From Bacteroidota bacterium (GTDB lineage: Bacteria; Bacteroidota; Ignavibacteria; UBA10030), in contig JBBEEC010000029.1 in the NCBI GenBank assembly GCA_040880975.1, positions 31,054-95,053 on the forward strand: a DNA stretch of 64,000 nucleotides, given 5' to 3'. The notes beneath the pieces were generated by a model. It was not told where the DNA came from, searched no databases, and was given only the letters and a program-made list of their open reading frames with translations. Shown here one piece after another: positions 1 to 9,762 of the stretch. The position numbers and the translations under genes are program-made. Within the stretch, counting starts at the first letter, position 1. Each line of letters starts with the position of its first letter.

Positions 1-305
1 TCTCAGGGATAGGGAACCCGGCCGGTTTTGAGCGCTCCCTGAGGCAATGTCTTGGCAGTCCGTTGGCACTGGAAGTGTTTGAAGATCATTATTGGTATTC
101 GAAATCAGACCTGCATCGGTTGGAACGCGTAGCGAAAAATGCCGGAGCAACGTATCTCGTGACAACGCAAAAGGACGCAGTGAGGCTGGACGGGGTCAAA
201 GGGCTCGCCGAACTTGACAGCCGGATCCCCATCGTTGCATTAATCGTCTCCGTCGAAGTGATCGACGGGGAGGAGCATCTCAAGGAACAGCTGGAGGAAT
301 TGTAG
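1..305 (+). CDS. lpxK: tetraacyldisaccharide 4'-kinase LpxK, 3' end (5' truncated by window edge)
   Basis: The reading frame is open from base 1. The translation ...SGIGNPAGFERS...ATYLVTTQKDAVRL... matches the conserved C-terminal GIGNP and YLVTTEKDAVKL regions of LpxK. The stop is at 303-305. Confidence 0.55.
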   Translation, partial: SGIGNPAGFERSLRQCLGSPLALEVFEDHYWYSKSDLHRLERVAKNAGATYLVTTQKDAVRLDGVKGLAELDSRIPIVALIVSVEVIDGEEHLKEQLEEL

Positions 306-1435
306 TGCCATTATTGTTTCATCCGTCGGAATCAATGACTCTTGGCGTTGAAATGGAGATCCAGGTCCTCGACGCAAAGACAAAGGACCTGACTCCCGGC
401 TCCCCCAAGATCTTTGAAAAACTGGGGGGTGAGAGGTCGAACATCAAAGCCGAGCTTATGCAGGCGATGATCGAGATCAATACCGGAATTTGTGCGAACA
501 TCCAGGAGGTGCAGCGGGATCTGGAGAAACAAATCTCCATTCTTGATTCGGTGGGAAGCGAACTCGGAGTGGAGTTTGCGTCGGCCGGCTCGCATCCGTT
601 CGCACGGTATTCTGATCGTATTCCCTATCCCGCCGAGAGGTACAAATACCTGATCGATCGGAACCGGTGGCTCGCGCGAAGATTGATGATCTTCGGGCTC
701 CATATCCACGTCGGGATGTTCGATGCACACCATGCCATGGCCATGAACAATGCCATGTTGCACTACATGCCGCATTTGCTTGCGCTGTCTGCGAGTTCGC
801 CGTTTTGGCAGGGAAAAGAGACCGGCTTGGCGTCGAGCCGCGTGACGATCTTCGAGGCCCTTCCCACCGGCGGGCATCCGTGCACGTTCCAAACCTGGAA
901 TGAATTTGAACTGTTCTATGATGCCATGATCGCTTCGAAATCGATATCCTCCATCAAGGATATCTGGTGGGATGTGCGGCCGCATCCGGATTTCGGTACA
1001 CTTGAAATTCGCGTCTGTGACGGCATGTCGACCCTCCGCGAGACCGTCGCTCTCGTTGCTTTCACGCAATGCCTTTATGCCTGGTTCAATGAACGCTACC
1101 GCCAGGGAGAGCAGTTCAGCCCGCCTGCTTACTGGATCCTGCGGGAAAACAAATGGAAGGCTTCGCGCTTCGGCCTTGAAGCAGACATTATTCTGAATTC
1201 GAGCGGATCGACCAATCTTCTGCGGGAGGAAATTCATTCTCTTCTTGAGATTCTCAAACCTCACGCGGTCGCGCTTGGATGCGAATCAGAATTATCCGAC
1301 GTCGCAAAAATGATGCACCATGGTCTCGGACACGAGCGTCAAATGCGGGTGTTTGAGAAAGAGGGGACGTTCCTTGCCGTCGCCGAGGCGAATATCCAGG
1401 ATTTCAAGCGCCGCGAACCGCTGTTCTGGGATTGA
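305..1435 (+). CDS. ybdK: carboxylate-amine ligase, glutamate-cysteine ligase family 2 (YbdK-like)
   Basis: A GTG start at 305 overlaps the lpxK stop by 1 nt. The N-terminus MPLLFHPSESMTLGVEMEIQVLD aligns with the GCS2/YbdK N-terminus (MPLPDFHVSEPFTLGIELE...). The 376-aa length is typical. Confidence 0.8.
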   Translation: MPLLFHPSESMTLGVEMEIQVLDAKTKDLTPGSPKIFEKLGGERSNIKAELMQAMIEINTGICANIQEVQRDLEKQISILDSVGSELGVEFASAGSHPFARYSDRIPYPAERYKYLIDRNRWLARRLMIFGLHIHVGMFDAHHAMAMNNAMLHYMPHLLALSASSPFWQGKETGLASSRVTIFEALPTGGHPCTFQTWNEFELFYDAMIASKSISSIKDIWWDVRPHPDFGTLEIRVCDGMSTLRETVALVAFTQCLYAWFNERYRQGEQFSPPAYWILRENKWKASRFGLEADIILNSSGSTNLLREEIHSLLEILKPHAVALGCESELSDVAKMMHHGLGHERQMRVFEKEGTFLAVAEANIQDFKRREPLFWD

Positions 1436-1485
1436 ATTATTGAAGAGTAGTAACGGGGGTTTCAAAGAAAGGAACCTGAACGAGC

Positions 1486-2220
1486 ATGCTGTTGGGAATC
1501 ACTGATAATCTTCGCCCAAAACCGGTTTTTGAAAACTATCTCAAATGGATCCATCGTGTCGACAAATCCGTCGAATTTGTAAAGCTTTCCTACCATCTCA
1601 AGAATGCCGAAAAGGTCAACGAAATTGACGGCTTAATTCTTACGGGAGGGGGCGATGTGCATCCCGGTTTGTACGGTAAGGAAGACCAGATGGACCTCGT
1701 CGAGGAGGTCAACGAAATGCGGGATACCTTCGAGTTTGGTGTGATCGACCAGGCGCTGGAGCGGGAACTCCCGATCTTCGGCATTTGCCGCGGAATGCAG
1801 ATCATGAACGTGTTCCTTGGCGGAACGCTTATCGTGGATTTGCCGACGGCGGGGTACGAGAGCCATGTAGAGCGGGAAACATTTGACAGCAGGCATGATT
1901 TGATCGTCGATCCCAATTCGCTCCTGGGTGCGATCACGGGGAAAAGCTGGAAGAAGGTCAATTCCATTCATCACCAGGCCGTGGATCAGCCCGGGAAGGG
2001 CCTGATGGTGTCGTCCAAATCGGACGATGGAGTTGTAGAATCCCTTGAATGGATCCTCAAGGACCGAATGCCGTTCCTGTTGCTTGTCCAATGGCATCCG
2101 GAGCGAATGGAGGATTTCGACAATCCGTGTTCCGGTTTTATTGCTGAGTATTTTTTGCGTGAAGTTGTCCATTCCATGAACACGAAACGGCACCATCGTA
2201 CTGAACAAGAAACGGAGTAA
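1486..2220 (+). CDS. class I glutamine amidotransferase / peptidase C26 family (gamma-glutamyl-GABA hydrolase-like)
   Basis: [15 protein letters not shown] carries the catalytic Cys motif, and WHPE is present near the C-terminus. Length is 244 aa. Confidence 0.7.
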   Translation: MLLGITDNLRPKPVFENYLKWIHRVDKSVEFVKLSYHLKNAEKVNEIDGLILTGGGDVHPGLYGKEDQMDLVEEVNEMRDTFEFGVIDQALERELPIFGICRGMQIMNVFLGGTLIVDLPTAGYESHVERETFDSRHDLIVDPNSLLGAITGKSWKKVNSIHHQAVDQPGKGLMVSSKSDDGVVESLEWILKDRMPFLLLVQWHPERMEDFDNPCSGFIAEYFLREVVHSMNTKRHHRTEQETE

Positions 2221-2224
2221 TCTC

Positions 2225-5008
2225 ATGAGTAAGAATCAGAAATACGTCTATTTCTTCGGCAACGGAAAAGCTGAAGGCACTGCTGAAATGAAGGGACTTC
2301 TTGGAGGGAAAGGTGCGAACCTCGCCGAAATGACCAATATCGGCCTTCCGGTTCCTCCGGGATTTACCATGACAACCGAAGTGTGCACCTACTATTATGA
2401 ACATGGCCGGTCTTATCCGCGATCCTTGAAGGGCGAAGTAGAGTCCGCATTGGGCAAGGTCGAAAAATCCATGAAGGCGAAACTCGGAGATCCGCGGAAT
2501 CCCCTCCTCGTTTCCGTTCGCTCCGGCGCACGCGCTTCGATGCCCGGGATGATGGACACCATTCTGAACCTCGGATTGAATGACGAAACAGTCAAGGGCC
2601 TGATCGCCAGAACGAACAACGAACGTTTTGCCTACGATTGCTACAGGCGTTTTGTGCAAATGTACGGCGATGTGGTCATGGGATTGAAGCCGGTGCACAA
2701 GGACGACATCGATCCGTTCGAAGCACTCATTGAAGAAAAAAAGAAGCAAAAAGGAGTGCACCTCGACACCGAGCTGAATGCCGACGATCTGAAAGACCTC
2801 GTCGCGCAGTTCAAAGCCGCCATCAAGAAACACGCAGGCAAGGAATTCCCTCAAAATCCCATGGACCAACTGTGGGGAGCCATCAGTGCGGTGTTCGGGT
2901 CGTGGATGAATGACCGTGCCATCGCGTACCGGCGAATGTACGATATCCCGAGTTCATGGGGTACTGCGGTGAACATTCAGACCATGGTGTTCGGGAACAT
3001 GGGTGAGGACTCGGGAACCGGCGTTGCATTTACGCGCGATCCGGCAACCGGCGAGAACGTTTTTTACGGCGAGTTCCTGATGAACGCCCAGGGCGAAGAC
3101 GTCGTCGCAGGTACCCGGACGCCTCTGCCGATCTCAGAACTCTCAAAACGGGATCCCGCAAGCCTCAAACAACTCGGGAGCATTCGTTCCAAACTCGAGA
3201 AACATTACAAGGATGTCATGGACATCGAGTTCACGATTCAGCAGGGGCAGCTGTACATGCTTCAGTGCCGGGTGGGCAAGCGAACGGCCTTCGCCGCCAT
3301 CAAGATCGCAGTGGATATGGTCCTTGAGAAACTCATCTCAAACAAGGAAGCGCTTCGTCGCATCGAACCCGACCAGCTGAATCAGCTCCTTCGCCCGATC
3401 TTCGACACCGAGCAGAAAACAAAGGCGGTCAAGGACGGAAAATTGCTTGCGAAGGGGCTGAATGCGGGCCCAGGAGCCGCTTCGGGCCGTGTGGTGTTCA
3501 ACGCCGCAGATGCCGAGGAGTGGGCAAAACGCGGTGAACGTGTGATCCTTACGCGCATCGAAACCTCTCCGGAAGACATCAAGGGCATGGACGCGGCGGA
3601 AGGGATCCTCACGGCAAGAGGCGGGATGACGTCGCACGCCGCCTTGGTTGCGCGCCAGATGGGCAAGGTGTGCGTTGCCGGATGCAGTGAGCTCGAGATC
3701 GACTATTCAAGCCATACGATGCGCGTGAACGGCAATGTGGTGAAAGAGGGAGACTGGATCTCCATCGATGGCACCACAGGCGAAGTGGTCCTTGGGAAGC
3801 TCGAAACAAGGCCTTCCGAAGTCCAGCAAGTCCTTATCGACAAGACACTCGATCCAAAGAAAGCCCCGGTGTATCAGGAATTTGCCAGGATCATGTCTTG
3901 GGCGGACGAATACCGGCGGCTGAAGATCCGCACGAACGCAGATCAACCCGACCAATCGGCCAACGCATTGGCGTTTGGTGCCGAGGGGATCGGGTTGTGC
4001 CGCACGGAACACATGTTCTTCGGCGAAGGCAAAATCGGCCCGATGCGCGAGATGATCCTCGCCGACACCGTCGAAGCGCGAAAAGCTGCACTGGCAAGAC
4101 TGCTCCCGCTTCAACGCAAGGATTTCGAAGGCATCTTCGAGGTCATGGACGGCATGCCGGTGACCATCCGGACGATCGACCCGCCGTTGCATGAATTCCT
4201 TCCACATGACGAGAAGTCGCAGCGCGCCCTGGCGGCTGAAATGGGACTTTCGTACGAAAAAGTGAAACAGCGCGTGGAATCGCTGCATGAGTTCAATCCG
4301 ATGCTCGGATTCCGCGGATGCCGCCTTGGCATCATCTTTCCCGAGATCACCGAGATGCAGGCACGCGCCATCTTTGAAGCGGCCGCCATCGTGAAGAAGA
4401 AGGGGAAGGACGTAGAACCGGAGGTTATGATTCCTCTGGTCGGGAATATCCTTGAACTCACGCACCAGGAGAAGATCGTGCGCGAGGTCGCCCAAAGCGT
4501 CATGAAGGAACAGGGTGTCAAGTTCAAATATTTGGTTGGGACGATGATCGAGATCCCGCGCGGAGCTCTCACGGCAGATGAAATTGCCGTGTCGGCGGAG
4601 TTCTTCAGCTTCGGGACCAACGACCTGACGCAAACCACATTAGGCGTGAGCCGTGACGATGCGGGCAAGTTCCTGATCCCGTACGTGGAGAAAGAGATCT
4701 ATGCCAAGGATCCTTTCGAAGCGATCGATCGGGCAGGTGTCGGCGAACTTATGAAGATCGCGGTCCAGAAGGGCCGGTCCGTAAAACCCAACCTTAAGCT
4801 GGGAATTTGCGGAGAGCACGGCGGGGAACCCTCAAGTGTTGAGTTCTGTCATGAGATCGGACTGGACTATGTCAGCTGTTCGCCATTCCGTGTTCCCATT
4901 GCCCGGCTCGCCGCTGCCCGCGCAGCACTGAAGGACGATCGCACCAAAGGAAAGGCCCGCGCGTCCAAAAGATCCAGAACGGCAAAAAAGCGGAAACGCT
5001 CCCGGTAA
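2225..5008 (+). CDS. ppdK: pyruvate, phosphate dikinase
   Basis: N-terminal [10 protein letters not shown], the phospho-His motif [22 protein letters not shown] and C-terminal [10 protein letters not shown] are all present. It is 927 aa and has an unusual Lys/Arg-rich 25-aa C-terminal tail. Confidence 0.92.
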   Translation: MSKNQKYVYFFGNGKAEGTAEMKGLLGGKGANLAEMTNIGLPVPPGFTMTTEVCTYYYEHGRSYPRSLKGEVESALGKVEKSMKAKLGDPRNPLLVSVRSGARASMPGMMDTILNLGLNDETVKGLIARTNNERFAYDCYRRFVQMYGDVVMGLKPVHKDDIDPFEALIEEKKKQKGVHLDTELNADDLKDLVAQFKAAIKKHAGKEFPQNPMDQLWGAISAVFGSWMNDRAIAYRRMYDIPSSWGTAVNIQTMVFGNMGEDSGTGVAFTRDPATGENVFYGEFLMNAQGEDVVAGTRTPLPISELSKRDPASLKQLGSIRSKLEKHYKDVMDIEFTIQQGQLYMLQCRVGKRTAFAAIKIAVDMVLEKLISNKEALRRIEPDQLNQLLRPIFDTEQKTKAVKDGKLLAKGLNAGPGAASGRVVFNAADAEEWAKRGERVILTRIETSPEDIKGMDAAEGILTARGGMTSHAALVARQMGKVCVAGCSELEIDYSSHTMRVNGNVVKEGDWISIDGTTGEVVLGKLETRPSEVQQVLIDKTLDPKKAPVYQEFARIMSWADEYRRLKIRTNADQPDQSANALAFGAEGIGLCRTEHMFFGEGKIGPMREMILADTVEARKAALARLLPLQRKDFEGIFEVMDGMPVTIRTIDPPLHEFLPHDEKSQRALAAEMGLSYEKVKQRVESLHEFNPMLGFRGCRLGIIFPEITEMQARAIFEAAAIVKKKGKDVEPEVMIPLVGNILELTHQEKIVREVAQSVMKEQGVKFKYLVGTMIEIPRGALTADEIAVSAEFFSFGTNDLTQTTLGVSRDDAGKFLIPYVEKEIYAKDPFEAIDRAGVGELMKIAVQKGRSVKPNLKLGICGEHGGEPSSVEFCHEIGLDYVSCSPFRVPIARLAAARAALKDDRTKGKARASKRSRTAKKRKRSR

Positions 5009-5038
5009 ATTATTGTGAACTAAGGAAGGATTTTCTGA

Positions 5039-6076
5039 ATGAAGCTTTCGGACTTTAAATATCCGCTCCCGCGCAACCTCGTTGCCAAACATCCGGCGAA
5101 ACCGAGGGACAAGGCCGGCATGATGGTGCTCAACCGGGCCGACGAGTCCATCGAAGATCGGAAGTTCAGCGAGATCATCGACTACATGAACCGCGGGGAT
5201 TGCCTGGTGGTCAATGAGACAAAGGTCTTCCAGGCCCGTTTGTTCGGCAAAAAGGAAAAAACCAATGCCCGTATCGAGGTGTTTCTTTTGCGGGAACTGA
5301 ATGCGGAAGAAAACATCTGGGACGTCATCGTCGACCCCGCGAGGAAGGTCCGCATCGGGAACAAGATTTTCTTCGATGAAGGCAAACTCTGGTGCGAGGT
5401 GATTGATAATACGACCTCGCGGGGGAGGACGGTGCGGTTTAACCACAAGGGTGATTTTTTCAAGATCATCGAGCGCATTGGCATGACTCCATTGCCGTAC
5501 TACATCAAGCGGGACCCGACGCAAAAGGACAAGGATTCCTATCAGACGGTATATGCCCGTGTCCTCGGAGCTGTTGCGGCACCCACGGCGGGCCTTCATT
5601 TCACGAAACAGCTCTTACGGAAAATCGAGAGCCGCGGCATCAAGATCGTTCCCGTCGTTTTGCATGTCGGGCTCGGGTCCTTTCGTCCGGTCGAAGTGGA
5701 GGACCTCACGAAGCACAAGATGGATTCCGAGTACTACGAGATCAGCGCCGAAGCCGCGTCCACCATCAACAGAACGATCGATTCCCGGCACACGGTGGTG
5801 GTTGTCGGTACGAGTACCTGCCGGGCTTTGGAGTCCAGCGTGACGTCAGACGGTCATTTGAAACCGTCGAAGGGCTGGACGGACAAATTCATTTTTCCGC
5901 CGTATGATTTCAAGATTACCGACCGGCTCATCACGAATTTTCATCTGCCGGAGTCGACGCTCATGATGCTCGTGAGCGCGTTTGCCGGGCATGACTTCAT
6001 GATAAGGGCATACAAGCGCGGGATCAAGGAAGGGTATCGCTTCTATAGCTACGGCGACGCGATGCTCATTGTCTGA
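5039..6076 (+). CDS. queA: S-adenosylmethionine:tRNA ribosyltransferase-isomerase
   Basis: The N-terminus MKLSDFKYPLPRNLVAKHPAKPRD...CLVVNETKV is the characteristic QueA signature. Length is 345 aa. Confidence 0.88.
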   Translation: MKLSDFKYPLPRNLVAKHPAKPRDKAGMMVLNRADESIEDRKFSEIIDYMNRGDCLVVNETKVFQARLFGKKEKTNARIEVFLLRELNAEENIWDVIVDPARKVRIGNKIFFDEGKLWCEVIDNTTSRGRTVRFNHKGDFFKIIERIGMTPLPYYIKRDPTQKDKDSYQTVYARVLGAVAAPTAGLHFTKQLLRKIESRGIKIVPVVLHVGLGSFRPVEVEDLTKHKMDSEYYEISAEAASTINRTIDSRHTVVVVGTSTCRALESSVTSDGHLKPSKGWTDKFIFPPYDFKITDRLITNFHLPESTLMMLVSAFAGHDFMIRAYKRGIKEGYRFYSYGDAMLIV

Positions 6077-6087
6077 GAGAAGGATCA

Positions 6088-6819
6088 ATGGCATTTGACA
6101 TGGAGCAAAGCCGGCCAAAAGTGTATGCGGTCGTCCCCGCCGCCGGCGTTGGATCGCGGATGGGGGGAGGCACAGCCAAGCAGTTTATTGTGCTTGGGCA
6201 AAAACCCCTCCTTGTGCATACGCTGCAGCGCCTGGAGCATTCTCCCGAAGTGGATGAGGTGGGAGTTGCAGTTCCGGAAGAGTTCATTGCCGAGATGGAA
6301 CAATTGGTTTCGAAATACCGCCTGCACAAGGTGAGCAAGGTTGTTGCCGGAGGGCCCCATCGTCAGGATTCCGTGGCGAATGTCCTTCGCTGTTTTTCAT
6401 TCCGCCCCACAGACATCGTCCTCGTCCATGACGGCGTAAGGCCCTTTATCCATCCCAAAAAAATCGCCGAAGTCGTTTTCGCCTGCCGTGAACACGATGC
6501 AGCTGTCCTTGCCGTTCAACCCAAGGATACCATCCGGCGCTCGAACGGCGGAGGGTTTTTCGACCAGACGCTCGACCGATCTGCGCTCTGGCTCGTGCAG
6601 ACGCCTCAGGCGTTCAAGGCTCCCCTCCTCATGAAGGCATTTGAAAAAGCTGCCAAAGACAAATTTACGGCAACGGACGAAGCGTCACTGGTCGAGCGGC
6701 TCGGTGTGAAGGCACGCATCATCCAGGGGAGCTACGATAACATTAAGATCACGACGAGGGAAGATCTGGACTTCGGCGAACGCATTCTGATCCGCTGGAA
6801 TGAAGCAGAACCAGCATGA
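6088..6819 (+). CDS. ispD: 2-C-methyl-D-erythritol 4-phosphate cytidylyltransferase
   Basis: VYAVVPAAGVGSRMG is the N-terminal nucleotide-binding motif of IspD. Length is 243 aa. Confidence 0.85.
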   Translation: MAFDMEQSRPKVYAVVPAAGVGSRMGGGTAKQFIVLGQKPLLVHTLQRLEHSPEVDEVGVAVPEEFIAEMEQLVSKYRLHKVSKVVAGGPHRQDSVANVLRCFSFRPTDIVLVHDGVRPFIHPKKIAEVVFACREHDAAVLAVQPKDTIRRSNGGGFFDQTLDRSALWLVQTPQAFKAPLLMKAFEKAAKDKFTATDEASLVERLGVKARIIQGSYDNIKITTREDLDFGERILIRWNEAEPA

Positions 6820-6835
6820 TGTGAGCCTGAAAGGA

Positions 6836-6908
6836 CGAGTGGTGTCCTCTTTTTCCTGCCGCTCTGCAAGAAGTCGTTGAAACGACTCATGGAATTGGGA
6901 GCGAGCGC
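6836..6908 (-). repeat. ~75-bp MITE/REP-like element with internal hairpin (gtcgttgaaacgac); reverse-complement copy of elements at ~49166-49238 and ~50316-50390
   Basis: Near-identical sequence (agcgctcgctcccaattccatgagtcgtttcaacgacttcttgcagcggcaggaaaaagaggacaccac) recurs at two other loci in the opposite orientation. Confidence 0.7.
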
Positions 6909-7002
6909 TACGAAAGCACGCTTGGTCTTGATTATGTGTGTCGGACTCCGTACTATTACCACGGACGCTTTACCGTAACGCCTCCGGAAGGAACCGCAGA
7001 AT

Positions 7003-7680
7003 ATGATCAATATGGCCATCGTTGTCGTCCTGAGCTATATCCTGGGCTCGATCCCCACGTCCCTCATGCTCTCAAAATGGGTGCATGGGTTCGACATTCG
7101 CACCCGGGGAAGCGGGAACGCGGGCGGCACGAACGTCTTCCGCGTGCTCGGATGGAAGTCGGGCATTTTTGTCATGGTGGCCGATCTGGCCAAGGGGTTC
7201 ATCGCCTGCGTATTCATTGCACGCCTGTTCTGGGATCCGAATCTCCCGTTCTATAACCGCACCCCCTTCGATGACTTCACCATCATTCAAATGATCTGCG
7301 GCGGCGCCGCGATCATCGGGCATATCTGGACCGTGTTTGCAGGATTCAAGGGCGGCAAAGGGATCGCTACGGGGGCCGGAATGCTCCTCGGCATCACGCC
7401 GGTCGAATTCGCCATCTCCGCCGCGGTGTTCTTCATCGTCTTCATGGCCTATAAATACGTTTCCCTCGGCTCCATCAGCGCCGCGGTCGCTTTTCCCGCA
7501 ACTCTCTTTGTTCGCTACAACATTTTCGGCGACCAGATCCACAGCTATAAAACCCTCATTTTTTTCAGTCTCGGTGTTGCCATCCTTCTGATCTATTCTC
7601 ACAGGCAGAATATCAAGCGCCTGCTTGAAGGGACAGAAAAGCGGATATCACAGGCCGCCGGGGAGAAAGCAACAAAGTAG
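7003..7680 (+). CDS. plsY: glycerol-3-phosphate acyltransferase PlsY
   Basis: Carries the GSGNAGGTNVFRVLG PlsY signature in a multi-pass membrane protein of 225 aa. Confidence 0.85.
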   Translation: MINMAIVVVLSYILGSIPTSLMLSKWVHGFDIRTRGSGNAGGTNVFRVLGWKSGIFVMVADLAKGFIACVFIARLFWDPNLPFYNRTPFDDFTIIQMICGGAAIIGHIWTVFAGFKGGKGIATGAGMLLGITPVEFAISAAVFFIVFMAYKYVSLGSISAAVAFPATLFVRYNIFGDQIHSYKTLIFFSLGVAILLIYSHRQNIKRLLEGTEKRISQAAGEKATK

Positions 7681-7704
7681 CCGCAGTTTCGAAACCCTTT
7701 CGGA

Positions 7705-8700
7705 ATGAAAACAACTGTCCTCGGTGCTGGAAGTTGGGGCACAACGCTTGCCCTTGTCCTGTTGGAAAACGGGCACGACGTCAATTTATGGACCTACAAA
7801 GCCGCCCAGGCGCAACGGATGATCGAGAAACACGAGAATCCGGATTTCCTTCCAGGTATTTTTCTTCCTCCCCAACTCAATATCATGACGGACCTGGAAC
7901 GCTCAGCTGTCGACCGGGACCTCATCGTTGCCGCTGTTCCCTCCCAGTTCCTTCGCTCCGTTGTTGAGAGGATTGCGGACCTCGATCTCAAAAAGACCAT
8001 CATCTGCAATGTAGCCAAGGGGATCGAGAACGATACGCTCATGACGATGTCGGAAGTGCTTCTGGATGTCCTGAAGCATGAAAAGAAGGAAAACATCGCC
8101 ATCCTGTCGGGGCCAAGTCATGCCGAAGAGGTTTGCAAAAAAATGCCGACGGCCATCGTCTCGTCCGCCTACCGCATGAAGGCGGCAAAGGTCGTCCAGG
8201 ATGCCTTTATGACGCCGTATTTTCGCGTGTATGTGAATGAAGATATTCGAGGAGTCGAGCTTGGCGGGGCCATCAAGAATGTCATCGCAATCGGCGCCGG
8301 CATCAGCGACGGAGCGGGGTTCGGAGATAACACCAAGGCCGCGATCATGACTCGGGGCGTGTACGAGGTGACGCGGCTCGGAGTGAAAATGGGTGCACAG
8401 CCCAGAACATTCGCCGGACTGTCGGGGATCGGCGACCTGATCGTCACGTGTATGAGCCGCCATAGCCGCAATCGGTATGTCGGAGAGCAAATCGGCAAAG
8501 GACGCCCGCTTGATGCCATTCTGAAGGAAATGCTCATGGTGGCGGAGGGTGTTGCATCAACCCGTTCCGTGCGTGACCTCGCGAAGAAGCATCACGTGGA
8601 AATGCCGATCGTGGAAGCAGTGCACGAAATGCTCTTCGAGGGCAAGAACGCCCATAGGTCAATGTCCGAACTGATGACCAGAGACGCAAAAGGGGAATAG
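7705..8700 (+). CDS. gpsA: NAD(P)H-dependent glycerol-3-phosphate dehydrogenase
   Basis: N-terminal VLGAGSWGTTLA Rossmann motif. The 331-aa protein sits beside plsY as in many bacteria. Confidence 0.88.
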   Translation: MKTTVLGAGSWGTTLALVLLENGHDVNLWTYKAAQAQRMIEKHENPDFLPGIFLPPQLNIMTDLERSAVDRDLIVAAVPSQFLRSVVERIADLDLKKTIICNVAKGIENDTLMTMSEVLLDVLKHEKKENIAILSGPSHAEEVCKKMPTAIVSSAYRMKAAKVVQDAFMTPYFRVYVNEDIRGVELGGAIKNVIAIGAGISDGAGFGDNTKAAIMTRGVYEVTRLGVKMGAQPRTFAGLSGIGDLIVTCMSRHSRNRYVGEQIGKGRPLDAILKEMLMVAEGVASTRSVRDLAKKHHVEMPIVEAVHEMLFEGKNAHRSMSELMTRDAKGE

Positions 8701-8808
8701 GTTCAAAGTTCAAAGTTCAAGGTTTAAGGTTCAAGGTTCAAGGTTCAAGGTTCAAGGTTTAAGGTTCAAGGTTCAAGGTTTAAGGTTCAAAGTTCAAGCT
8801 TCACACTT
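8701..8808. repeat. tandem heptanucleotide repeat (GTTCAAG/GTTTAAG/GTTCAAA) x ~15
   Basis: Read directly from the sequence immediately after the gpsA stop. Confidence 0.9.
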
Positions 8809-8817
8809 CCAGGTTTC

Positions 8818-8985
8818 GCAGTTGAGTCCCTCCCAGACTGACATCTGACTTCCGACTTCCGACCTCCGACCTCTGACTTCCGACCTCCCCGAAAACAGAA
8901 TTCGGGGCAAGCCGACCTCTGACTTCCGACCTCCCCGAAAACAGAATTCGGGGCAAGCCGACTTCCGACCTCCAATTCGTCCCAC
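8818..8985. repeat. tandem heptamers (GACTTCC/GACCTCC/GACCTCT) plus 2 direct copies of a 46-bp unit containing hairpin ccccgaaaacagaattcgggg
   Basis: Direct repeat copies lie at ~8865-8910 and 8911-8956. The minus-strand ORFs here are translations of the repeats. Confidence 0.85.
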
Positions 8986-9564
8986 TCATTTAGGTTTTTC
9001 ATTTTCACCTCCGTCACTGCCTGTGGTGTTCTGTTTGCTCAACATTCTCAGGACCATGATCTTCGTCCTCAACGGCTTGCCAGCAAGTTCATAGGAATCT
9101 GTCCTGCCGGAAGACGATCCAATAATTCCCCCAACAACCAACCCACCGAGGGAGCCGAGGACCCCTCCCCCTATGGCCGAAAGAACACTACCGCTAGGTT
9201 CAAAACCAATGTCCAGTTGAGAGAAGTAGCCGTCGTTTTTTTTTGGTTTTGGCTTCTCGTAAGATGAAGCTCCGATCACGGCCCCGATCACTGCCCCGGC
9301 GGCGGCCCCGTAGGCAGCCCCGTAGGCAGCCCCCGTCCAGAAGTCGCCTTCTGAACGACGGAACACAAGTACCACCGCATCAATGGCAACGGAGTCAATC
9401 CCGTCCTTCGAAATCATGAGCATACCCTCGCTGACGTGAAGGATCGTATAGTCGTAGAGTGTATCGCCGTCGGAAAGGACGAGATTCCACGTTTTCTCGT
9501 CTCCTCTGGCCATCGAAAGGACTGCGAAGAGCAGGAACAGAGTTGCTTTAGTGAAGTGTGTCAT
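8986..9564 (-). CDS. hypothetical secreted/lipoprotein-like protein with glycine-zipper segment
   Basis: Signal peptide MTHFTKATLFLLFAVLSMARG. Contains GAAYGAAYGAAAGAVIGAVIGA and GGGVLGSLGGLVVGGIIG glycine-zipper motifs. The start is chosen at the internal Met of the 208-aa ORF. Confidence 0.5.
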   Translation of the reverse strand: MTHFTKATLFLLFAVLSMARGDEKTWNLVLSDGDTLYDYTILHVSEGMLMISKDGIDSVAIDAVVLVFRRSEGDFWTGAAYGAAYGAAAGAVIGAVIGASSYEKPKPKKNDGYFSQLDIGFEPSGSVLSAIGGGVLGSLGGLVVGGIIGSSSGRTDSYELAGKPLRTKIMVLRMLSKQNTTGSDGGENEKPK

Positions 9565-9762
9565 GGTATCCTCCTTGATAATATTGATACCAAAATACCA
9601 GAGTCCCTGCACATCGTTGTCACGGAATTGTCGGAAAATTATAAAAGGTTTGTTTGATCATGATTTTCTCCCTGCCCATGGCTGCAGTTCGGTGAGATTG
9701 CTTATGCTCCCACTTTTCAGTACTTTTGTCGTAAGAACAAGCCATTTCAGCCAATTTTTCCG

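Noticed and set aside
8787-9017. Three overlapping small minus-strand ORFs
   Set aside because: They are encoded entirely by the heptamer/46-bp tandem repeats and are repetitive RSEVG peptides.
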